Origin: Dehalococcoidia bacterium
Lineage (GTDB): Bacteria; Chloroflexota; Dehalococcoidia; DSTF01; JACRBR01
Reading direction: 5' to 3'
Assembly (NCBI GenBank): GCA_041494685.1
Contig: JBGQBE010000018.1
Coordinates: 1-54,063 of the forward strand
Length of the DNA: 54,063 bases
In this document: in pieces, positions 40,574-49,000 of the stretch
Position numbering within the stretch: position 1 is the stretch's first letter
How the letters are laid out: every line of letters begins with the position of its first letter
Position numbers and translations under genes: made by a program
The notes under the pieces: model-generated
Told to the model about the DNA's origin: nothing
Seen by the model: only the letters and a program-made list of their open reading frames with translations
The model's database searches: none

Positions 40574-42134
40574 CCCCTACGATCCCCACGCCTGGGCGAT
40601 GGCGAACCGGACAGTGACGGGCCGCCCGCTGCTCCACATCCCCGCGCTCGCGGACATCGCGCGCGACGATCACCCGTTCGTCGTCATCCAGAAGTCGGCG
40701 CAGGTCGGCGTTTCGGAGCTGTTGATCAACCGTGCCCTGCACGCCGCCGACATCGGCTGGGGTGACCGTGGCAACGTGATCATCTTCTCACCGACGCAGA
40801 CTCAGATGGACGACGTGGCCCAGGCCCGTATCGACCCCGCGCTCCAGGACAACCCCTACATGCGCTCCCGGCTCCAGCCGGAACCGCCGGCGCGCAAGGG
40901 CGCCGACAACAGGCGGCTGAAGCATTTCGGGCTGGGCTATATTCACCTGCGCGGGACGGACAGCCACCGTCAGATCGCCAGCATCGCGGCCGATGTTGTG
41001 CTCCTCGACGAGTTCGACCAGATGGGAGACGGCGTGCTCGACCTCGCCCGCAAGCGCTTAAGCTCGAGCCGCCGGAGTCGCCTCATCGTTGCGTCGACCC
41101 CCAGCATCCCGGAGGCCGGGATCAACGGGCTGATGCTGCAGTCCGACGAGCGTCGGTACTTCCTGCATTGCCCCGCCTGCGGGATCGAGCAGGATCTGCG
41201 TTGGACCGAGAACGTTGACTTCGAGCAGGCGCGCGTGGTCTGCAGGGCTTGCCGCGAGCCAATGGACGTGCTCGCAACCGGGCGATGGGTCCCGCAGGCG
41301 CCGGGCAACGACCGGATCCACGGCTACTACCTCAATCGCCTGTACAGCCCATGGGCGAAGATCGCCGAGATGATCGAGGCGAGCCAAGCGACGACGCCCT
41401 TCGCGGTGCAGGAGTTCCAGAACAGCGATCTGGGCGAGGCGTTTGTGCCGCCGGGGGGCGGGATCTCGATCGACATCATCGACCGTTGCCGACGCGAGTA
41501 TTCGCTGAGCGACTACGCCGGCCAGCCCTGCGACATGGGGATCGATGTCGGGCTCCGGTGCCACGTTGTCATTCGACAGCGTCTCACAGAGGACGACCGC
41601 CGCAGGAACCCGGCGCCCGGACGGCGCCTGTGGTTTGCTGGTGACGCTGCGTTCTCCGACCTCGACGACCTGGCTCGACGCTTCAACGTGCAGTCCATTG
41701 TCATCGACGCCTATCCCGAACTGTCCCAAGCACGCCAGTTCGTCGAGCGGCACCGGCCACGTGCCTGGCTCGCGCAGTATGATCGCCAGCAGCCGGGACA
41801 CGAACGCAGGCGCGGTCGGAACGGCGAGCCGAACTGTTACCACATCAACCGCACACAGGCACTCGACGAGATGTTTCAACGGTTCAAGGACGAAGCGGTC
41901 GAACTCCCCAGCGAGGCGCGCCCGCTTGGCGGGCAGATGAAGCACCATCTCGGTGCTTACTATCAGCAACTACTCGTGCCGAAGCGGACACTGGAGCCCG
42001 ACGGCAACGGCAACTTGCAGGCGCGCTGGATCGACGCAAATCGCGATGACCACTACGCGCACGCCGAGCTCTACGCGATGCTCGCTGGCGCGATCTACTC
42101 GGGCTTCGCCTTCACCAGCGTCATGGCACGATGA
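40536..42134 (+). CDS. Phage terminase large subunit, lambda gpA-like
   Basis: KSAQVGVSE Walker A, LLDEFD Walker B, ASTP, CPAC/CRAC zinc ribbon, LYSPW, GIDVG nuclease, DDHYAH. Confidence 0.88.
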   Translation: MLRALWDEKVRRDPYDPHAWAMANRTVTGRPLLHIPALADIARDDHPFVVIQKSAQVGVSELLINRALHAADIGWGDRGNVIIFSPTQTQMDDVAQARIDPALQDNPYMRSRLQPEPPARKGADNRRLKHFGLGYIHLRGTDSHRQIASIAADVVLLDEFDQMGDGVLDLARKRLSSSRRSRLIVASTPSIPEAGINGLMLQSDERRYFLHCPACGIEQDLRWTENVDFEQARVVCRACREPMDVLATGRWVPQAPGNDRIHGYYLNRLYSPWAKIAEMIEASQATTPFAVQEFQNSDLGEAFVPPGGGISIDIIDRCRREYSLSDYAGQPCDMGIDVGLRCHVVIRQRLTEDDRRRNPAPGRRLWFAGDAAFSDLDDLARRFNVQSIVIDAYPELSQARQFVERHRPRAWLAQYDRQQPGHERRRGRNGEPNCYHINRTQALDEMFQRFKDEAVELPSEARPLGGQMKHHLGAYYQQLLVPKRTLEPDGNGNLQARWIDANRDDHYAHAELYAMLAGAIYSGFAFTSVMAR

Positions 42135-42225
42135 TGACGCGCCGGATCGGGAGATGATGCTGCGCGAGGTAGCGCAGTCCGGGCTGCGATATGCGCTCGT
42201 ATCACGAAGATGTGCAAGAACCGGC

Positions 42226-42747
42226 TCACTGATGTTCCTTCGAGTATTGCCAGAGGGCTCGGTCCAACTCGCGCATCGTGATGCCCGCCTGTTTGGCGAG
42301 ACGCCTGCACGCCTCGGTGTAGGCCCGCCAGTACTCGAAGGTGTAGGGTGCCGGGGGCTTGTCGTTGCCCAGGGACCACAGCGCACGGTAGTCGAGGATT
42401 GGGTAGCGGTTGTTCGTCCCGAAGTGGAGGAGCACGGATGCCGTGGGCCAGCTGACGCCGCGGAGCACGAGCAACGCGGCGATCTTCAGCTGTTCGATCT
42501 TCGTCGACAATGCGACGCGGGTCACTTCTCGAACTACCCGCTCAGAGTTGGCCGGGTGCGACCAGAGCGGCCTGGTTCTCGCACTCTTCCAGCCGCAGAC
42601 CGCCAGGACGTCCTTCCGCGTGTAGAAACCGGCGATGCGCGCCCGTCGGCCAGCCTCGATGGCGGCGGTTTCGTCGCGGTAGGAGTACCTCGCAGCGAGG
42701 GCGCGAAGATCCTCGAGTTCGAACCTCGGCGTCGTCTTGATCGTCAT
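42226..42747 (-). CDS. Small HhH-GPD DNA-glycosylase-like protein
   Basis: LLVLRGVSWPTASVLL helix-hairpin-helix, then YPILDYR with the conserved Asp, and RELDRALW; 173 aa. Confidence 0.6.
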   Translation of the reverse strand: MTIKTTPRFELEDLRALAARYSYRDETAAIEAGRRARIAGFYTRKDVLAVCGWKSARTRPLWSHPANSERVVREVTRVALSTKIEQLKIAALLVLRGVSWPTASVLLHFGTNNRYPILDYRALWSLGNDKPPAPYTFEYWRAYTEACRRLAKQAGITMRELDRALWQYSKEHQ

Positions 42748-42796
42748 CGGTGCTCGGCCTTCTCGTGCAACGTCTTGTCTCCCGGGCGCGTGATGA

Positions 42797-42822
42797 GACT
42801 TATAGTCTGTAGACGAATAAGG
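42797..42822 (+). promoter_or_regulatory. C-box (R-M controller operator)
   Basis: GACT-TAT-AGTC-TGTA-GACGAATAAGG: one perfect and one degenerate half, 22 bp upstream of the controller gene. Confidence 0.8.
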
Positions 42823-42844
42823 TTCAAGTCGGCACGTTAACTCC

Positions 42845-43069
42845 GTGCCACGACGCATCAATGAATCAGAGATCAAGGCCCAATTCGGGCGGAGGCTGCG
42901 CCAGCTGCGCAAAGCCAACGGCCTGTCGCAGGAGGAGCTCGCCTTCCGGTCGGGTCTGCACCGGACCTACGTTAGCTCCGCCGAGCGCGGTGAACGAAAC
43001 ATCTCCTTGGTCAATCTCGTCCGGCTCGCACGAGCCCTCGACGTGCACGTGAGGGAACTGGTGGCGTAG
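42845..43069 (+). CDS. XRE-family HTH, R-M controller (C) protein type
   Basis: FGRRLRQLR...LSQEELA...LHRTYVSSAERGERNISL; preceded by a C-box. Confidence 0.9.
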   Translation: MPRRINESEIKAQFGRRLRQLRKANGLSQEELAFRSGLHRTYVSSAERGERNISLVNLVRLARALDVHVRELVA

Positions 43070-43218
43070 ATCAACTATGCGGCCTCGCGGCCGGGTCGTC
43101 GGCATGCCTGGCACCAATGGCATCGCCATGACGACAGACCCTCTGAGAACTCAGGCTGCGCCTGAACTTACTCCTCCGTTGTTGCGTCCACGTCAAGATG
43201 CGTGCTCCGCTTCGATGT

Positions 43219-44151
43219 TCACACCGACGCCGCCAACATGCTCGCCGGCGAGAACTCCACGTGGCGCCGCGCCGCTTGCTCGGCGTTGTAGGACGACGTG
43301 TAGCGGCGCACCATGTCTGGCGACGAGTGGCCGAGGAGGAGTTGGACGTCCAGCTCGCGCGCACCCTGATCGATCGCCCACGTGGCGAACGTGTGGCGGA
43401 ACCGGTGCGCGTGCACCTTCGGCATGCCGGTCTTGCGTCCGAGGCGGCGCAGCATCTGCTTGATGCCGTTCGAATGCAGGTACGTCGTGATGCGCAGCCG
43501 GCCATGCCCGTCGGTCGCGCAGAACAGCGGCCCCGGCTCGTCGCCCCGGAGGTCCAGGTACCGGACCAGGTCGCGCCTGCAGGCGCCGGAGAAGGACACG
43601 ACCCGCTGTTTGTTCCCCTTGGCGTGCAGCACGCGCAGGCGCATCAACTCCAGGTTGACGTCGTCGAGGTCCAGCTGCGTGAGCTCTGAGACACGCAGCC
43701 CCGTGTCGAGCAAGGTCACGAGGATCGCGCGGTCCCGGATGCCCGCCGGCGCGTCCGGGCACGCGGCGAGCAGCAGCCTCACGTCGTCCTGCGTGAACGG
43801 CTGGACGATCTTGGCCGGAAGGCGGACATTGCGGACGTGGGCGAAGGGGGACGACTCCAGGTGGCCAGCCTCGACCAGCCAATTGAAGAAGCAACGGACC
43901 TCGCGGAAGTAGCGATGGCGCGTTTCGAACGACAGGTGGGCGAAGGTGCCGAGATACCGGTACACGTGCTCCTGCGTGATGGCGCCGGCGACGACGGGAA
44001 CGCCCTGATCCACGAGGCTGCCGAGGAAGCGGCCGAGGGTCCAGCCGTAGGCGTGGATCGTGCGCTCGGCCTTACCCTCGACGCGGCACCGCAGCAGGTA
44101 CAGCTCGATGAGATCGGCGATGGATTCGGGAGCGGTTCGCGGCTGTTGCAT
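43219..44151 (-). CDS. Tyrosine recombinase/integrase (XerC/D-like)
   Basis: TGLRVSEL, KGNKQR, HRFRHTFA, LLGH and Y catalytic set (VRRY). Confidence 0.93.
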   Translation of the reverse strand: MQQPRTAPESIADLIELYLLRCRVEGKAERTIHAYGWTLGRFLGSLVDQGVPVVAGAITQEHVYRYLGTFAHLSFETRHRYFREVRCFFNWLVEAGHLESSPFAHVRNVRLPAKIVQPFTQDDVRLLLAACPDAPAGIRDRAILVTLLDTGLRVSELTQLDLDDVNLELMRLRVLHAKGNKQRVVSFSGACRRDLVRYLDLRGDEPGPLFCATDGHGRLRITTYLHSNGIKQMLRRLGRKTGMPKVHAHRFRHTFATWAIDQGARELDVQLLLGHSSPDMVRRYTSSYNAEQAARRHVEFSPASMLAASV

Positions 44152-44162
44152 GGTCACATGAC

Positions 44163-44263
44163 CGCTCTGGTTCGCGCACAAGTCAAGTCCCCGCGGAGCC
44201 GTCATCGCTGGGGACATTACGACGAGGGTGTGTGAGTGGTTGACTTCTGATCGGCGGAGAGTG
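44163..44263. promoter_or_regulatory. Divergent pair of TTGACTT-N11-AGAGYG promoter motifs
   Basis: Minus: TTGACTT (44186-44180)-N11-AGAGCG before the recombinase. Plus: TTGACTT (44240-44246)-N11-AGAGTG before the RAMA-like gene. Third copy (N12) at 37894-37918. Confidence 0.65.
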
Positions 44264-44309
44264 ATGGATGGCGTCGCCCAACAGGAGGGCGCAGACAAGG
44301 AGCGATGTC

Positions 44310-44768
44310 ATGCCACTGGACAACAGGAACCTGGAGACGGGCACCGTGCTGCGGGCGCGGTACAAAGGAAAGGAGCGCACGTGCGCGGTCGTGCACACGG
44401 CCCACGGTCTGCGGTTTCGGCTCGACGACGGGCGCGAGTTCACCAGCCCATCGTCCGCCGGCAAGGCGGCGATGAACGGGGTTTCGTGCAACGGCTGGAG
44501 GTTCTGGAGCATCGAGGGCACGGAGAAGCCGAAGCGCAAGCCAAAGGCCGACAAACCGAAGGCCAAGAAGGAGCCCGCGGCGAAGAAGCCGGCGAAGTCG
44601 AAGGCCGCCCCGAATAAGAGCGCCAAGACGAAGAGCACGAAGAGAGGTGCGAAGGCGATGCGGGCGGCGGCAAAGAGCGACGCTTCATACGGCTGCGGCG
44701 TCTGCGGCGAGACATTCCCGACGATGAAGGCAGCGACGCAGCACGCGACCGAGGCGCACCGCAGCTAA
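44310..44768 (+). CDS. RAMA/DUF2924-like domain, Lys/Ala-rich linker and C2H2-type zinc finger
   Basis: GTVLRARYKG...FTSPSSAG...NGWRFW; KPKAKK-rich tract; CGVCGETF...HATEAH. Confidence 0.65.
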   Translation: MPLDNRNLETGTVLRARYKGKERTCAVVHTAHGLRFRLDDGREFTSPSSAGKAAMNGVSCNGWRFWSIEGTEKPKRKPKADKPKAKKEPAAKKPAKSKAAPNKSAKTKSTKRGAKAMRAAAKSDASYGCGVCGETFPTMKAATQHATEAHRS

Positions 44769-44941
44769 CTGTTGGAGGCATTCCGGCGCAGCATCACAGA
44801 TTGGCAAGACCAAGCAGCCGCCAAACTTGTATAGACCCTGGACTAGAAACGGGGGCAAGACCACCAACAGAAGATGTAAGATCGCACCCGGCAGCTAGAT
44901 CAGGGAGCGATATACGGGCCGGAGGAGAGGAACCTCGCGAG

Positions 44942-46006
44942 ATGTCCACCAGAACGCCTAGCGCGGCGTCAAGACACCTTCAGCACCTACAGGACAGTCT
45001 CGGGACTGAGCGACTCGAGACAGATCGCTTCCTGCGGCTGGGAAGACAACGGGTGAAAGGACTCTCCGCGCTCGCGGGTGGAGGCTTGAAGAGCTTCCAC
45101 GAGCACCAGCGATGGCTGAGGAAGGAATTAGCGGATCCCTTCGTGGCAACTTTGCCGGCCGCAGATCGCGAGGTTCTGAGCCACGTCATCATTGGCCTCT
45201 TCCCAACTCATGATCCGAACGCTTGGGCGCTGCGGACCCCAGAAGGCGCTGACCTAGTTGTATTGCACTATGAATTGCTTGCCGTCCTAGGTTTCTACAG
45301 TGAACTCAAGCAAGTAGTACTTCGTATGGATCAAGGGGCCAACCCCGAGGGCACGGAGAACCTCGAATTGCTTGTCAAAGCTGCGAGCAAAGGCTTGCGG
45401 ACAGATGCCGCGGACTTAGGAATCGCCACTCGGTACGAGACCTCGCCAGAGGCTCAACGAATCGCGGAGGAGGGTATTGGGCTAATTGTTGATTCCTTCG
45501 CTGGGCGAGAATTGCGGACGACTCCAGAGCTGCCCCTCGATATCTCAGAGCGCGACTTGGATGTGGTATTCCTGAAAGCCTGCAGCGGCGAACTATTCGT
45601 CTTAGCACACGAATTCGCCCACGTTGCGCTAGGCCACACGGCTGCCTTGCAAGAGTCAACGATCGAGTTGAACACGAAGCGTATGATGGTGAAGAGGTTC
45701 AACTGGCAGCAGAGGCAGGAGCTCGAAGCTGATGCGAAGGCGTTCGCGTGGATTGCCGGTCTGCGAGGGCGCGAGACGTCAAATCCGGTACTGGCCTTTG
45801 CTGGCCTTGCACCTAGCCTGTGCGCTGAGTTTCTCATGTTGGTTCACTTCGTGGAGTTAGGTATCGGGCGGCCAGGTCCGGATTCATCACATCCTCCGGC
45901 CGCTGAACGCCTCCGTTACCTATATCGATCGTTCTCCTCTACGCTTCAGCCCTACGACGCGTGGAATATCAGGATGATGATTCAGCGAATGGCTGCAGAT
46001 GTTTGA
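44942..46006 (+). CDS. HExxH metallopeptidase, Lit(U49)/M48-like
   Basis: PNAWA, LAHEFAHVALGH, QELEAD, SHPPAAERL. Confidence 0.75.
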   Translation: MSTRTPSAASRHLQHLQDSLGTERLETDRFLRLGRQRVKGLSALAGGGLKSFHEHQRWLRKELADPFVATLPAADREVLSHVIIGLFPTHDPNAWALRTPEGADLVVLHYELLAVLGFYSELKQVVLRMDQGANPEGTENLELLVKAASKGLRTDAADLGIATRYETSPEAQRIAEEGIGLIVDSFAGRELRTTPELPLDISERDLDVVFLKACSGELFVLAHEFAHVALGHTAALQESTIELNTKRMMVKRFNWQQRQELEADAKAFAWIAGLRGRETSNPVLAFAGLAPSLCAEFLMLVHFVELGIGRPGPDSSHPPAAERLRYLYRSFSSTLQPYDAWNIRMMIQRMAADV

Positions 46007-46069
46007 GTTTCGGCCCATCGGCCGGCCCTCTATTCCCATCGGCGTGTCACGCGCGCCAATGGCAAGGTC

Positions 46070-49000
46070 ATGATCAATAACTTCGAAGCCGCTGCGCGAG
46101 ACTGGAAAGCAGCCGTTGACCATATGGTCGCGGCAGACGCATGGTTGGCGATCGGGGAGGAAAGTACGGCCACATGGCACGTGGATCGGGCATTCCTCCA
46201 CGCGATCGTAGCAGTGGAGGACGCGGGCAAGAAAGACTCTCGGATAGGGTCTTCGACGCCCGGGCGAGGTGCCGGTTCTGCGCATCCGATTATCGAGAGC
46301 GTCATAGCTGGATGGCCTGCGGTAGAACAGAATTCCGACCGCGGCACCCTCCTGCGGCTATCACGGCATTGGAGGAATTGGGTCCAACACGAGCGCAACG
46401 GGGCGACTCTAGATGACTTTGTGAGGAGGAAGGCGTCACCTCTTCCGGCGTCCTGGCAAGCGGTTATTACCCGTATCGTTGAAGCTGAGAACGACAAGCG
46501 TGAGTACGTCCGTTTGGCCCGAGAGTCGCTTCGACAAGTGCGGCTTGCACTGATAGCGATTACTGATTGTGAGCCGTCAACCCTGGTCGAATTCGAAAGT
46601 CCTTTGGCCGGCTTAGGCGCCATGTTGACGGCACCAAGTACCAAGTTCCAGTACGCCACCGGGCTTGCACTGGATGAGTCATTGACTCGCGGGTTACAAC
46701 TCGATGATCTGATCGCAATCAACTTCACTGACGACCAGGGACTTTCGATTGGGCGATTGACTCAAGGGCTGCATCTTCTCGACCTTGTTCAGCCCGCGTT
46801 GAATCGCCGAACTGTACTGCTCGGCGAGAGCGGAATAGGTAAGTCGATAGCGACCGCTGTCCTGGCTAAGGAGATGGTCCGTGCAGCGCTTTCTTCGACA
46901 GGCCGGCTTCAGCTGTCTGGCGACTGCGCTGCAGGTACGAGCAGAATTGAGATAGACGATCCGTCATCCCTCGGTCCCGGCGATGTCATCGTCATCGACC
47001 CGCTCGGAGCCGCATCCGAAGAAGTCAGAGTCGCTGAAACGGAATCGGACGGTTCCTTCGTCCTGGCGGAGCCGTTAGCCGTCGATCACTTTGCTGGCGA
47101 TGTTGTCGTAAGAGATCGAGGCATACCGCTCATCGTGGATGTCTCCTCTTGGTCGTCGTCGCCTTCTCAGCAATCGGGGCAGGCACCGGAGTCCGAAGAG
47201 GTCCGAGCACTGCTCCGAGCGATCCATCGCCTAGGACTAGAGCGAGCGCTCACACGCTATCGCAGTTGGAACGAACCACTATTGGCTATCGACGTGCTTA
47301 GATTGCTGCTCGGTGCTCGGTGGATAATCGTTTTGGATGATCTAGATCAAGCGCTGCGCGATCCAGCAAAGCGTGACGGTGTGCTCCAAGACATTTCAGC
47401 GCTGGATCTGTTGCAGGCACGGAACCCAGAACTCTCAATTCTCATCGTGGCGCAATCGCGCGAATGGGACCTCAGAGCATCTTCCCTCCAGGAGATCCTG
47501 GCACCGCGCACGATTCGTGTCTCGCAGGTAGCTGAAGTTGACGTTAGCGACACTCTCGGTCCCCAGACGTATTCTTCGCTGTCGGCGCAAATTCGAAGCG
47601 ACTGCCGAAACACGTATATCCTCAGCATCGTCGCAGAGCTAAGCCGGTTGAGCACTCCGGCCGCCAAGGTATCAACGCTCCTCTATCGAGAGTTCGTCGA
47701 CCATCGACTCAGGAGAGCCGGCATACCAACTCGAGAGAAGTGGATCGCTGGTGTGAGCGAGCTCGCGCTCGAACTTGAGGGTTCGGTCGCTTTTCGCTTC
47801 ACGCGCCAGGAGTTGGAGCATGTCTTAGCGACGAGTGGACTGGCGGACGAATACTTCGGAGACCAAGACCGGCTCTATCAGGACAGCTTGCGCTCGGGAG
47901 TCATCGTTGAGCGCGACGGCGGCGAGCTGTCCTTTGCGCATAGCCGTCTGCAGACGTACTTGGCCGGCACTCGCCTTGGTAGCCTCTTTGACGCTGATTT
48001 TGATGCAGCTGGAACGATGGTAGCGGCCCGCGGAGAACTTCTCCTTGACTGCCTTCCGGCCGCATGCGCCGCGTCACGGAGGCCGGGTAGGATTCTGAAA
48101 CACGCGCGCCAGCATCCCCCCCTTCCAACGAATATCATTCTTGCCGCGATGTTTAAGGTGACCCGAATACAGGAGCCCGATGATGCCGACCTCGCTGAGC
48201 TGCTCGCTGATACACTCAGAATGCTAATCGTCACGACCGAACCCGAGATTCGCGAGATTGAGTTGCGCTTGCTGTCGGATGAGTTCGGTGCTGAAGAGCT
48301 CTTAGCAGAGTGCCAGAAGCTCTTTGCCTTTCCGCGCGCGCTGACCGTTCCGGATCCCCAGGTCGAACTCTTCCGGGAAGACGCCGTCTACGACTACAGA
48401 CACGCCTTCTCCGTTATGGCATCGATGGCGGAGCCCGGCCTTGCTGTCGAGGTCCACAACGCCGTAATAAGAACATCTCCCTTCCACGGTGTCCCGACAG
48501 AGTCAGATGCTCAGTTCATGCCCAAAGAACTGGCGCAAGGAGCGATTGTTTTCGACTATGGCGCTCTCCGCTCCATGCAAGATGTTGGACATCGCGCTCT
48601 TGAGGCCTGCGGGGAGGTGATTCTCGATCGGATCTACGAGTCCTCCACCGAGGAGAACGGATCGGCCGCGTGGTTCTTCTGGACGGCGTTGTCCGCTCTT
48701 CTCCGGGCATATCCTTCCGGTGCCCGGAGGCTACTCGAAGATGCGGCTTCCGGCAGCCTCTGGAGCTTTCGGCGGGCAAGAAAGTGGTCTAGCCCCGGTC
48801 CGACCGCTGCTGCGGGAATCGTGATGGAGGCGTGCGCTGCACATTCTGAGCAGGTCCTCGCGGTGATACCTCGATGGCTAGCCTCCAATGGTGGGCTGCG
48901 CGTGGTCGCGCTCCTCGTCCTAGTCAGACTCGTCGATGCGGACAAGTTGCCTGCTACAACGGACCTCACTGAGGCCATAACTGGGGCTCTGGTCGGAGCG

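Noticed and set aside
46901..47122. NACHT insertion as an intein
   Set aside because: Too short, and it lacks the terminal His-Asn followed by Cys/Ser/Thr.
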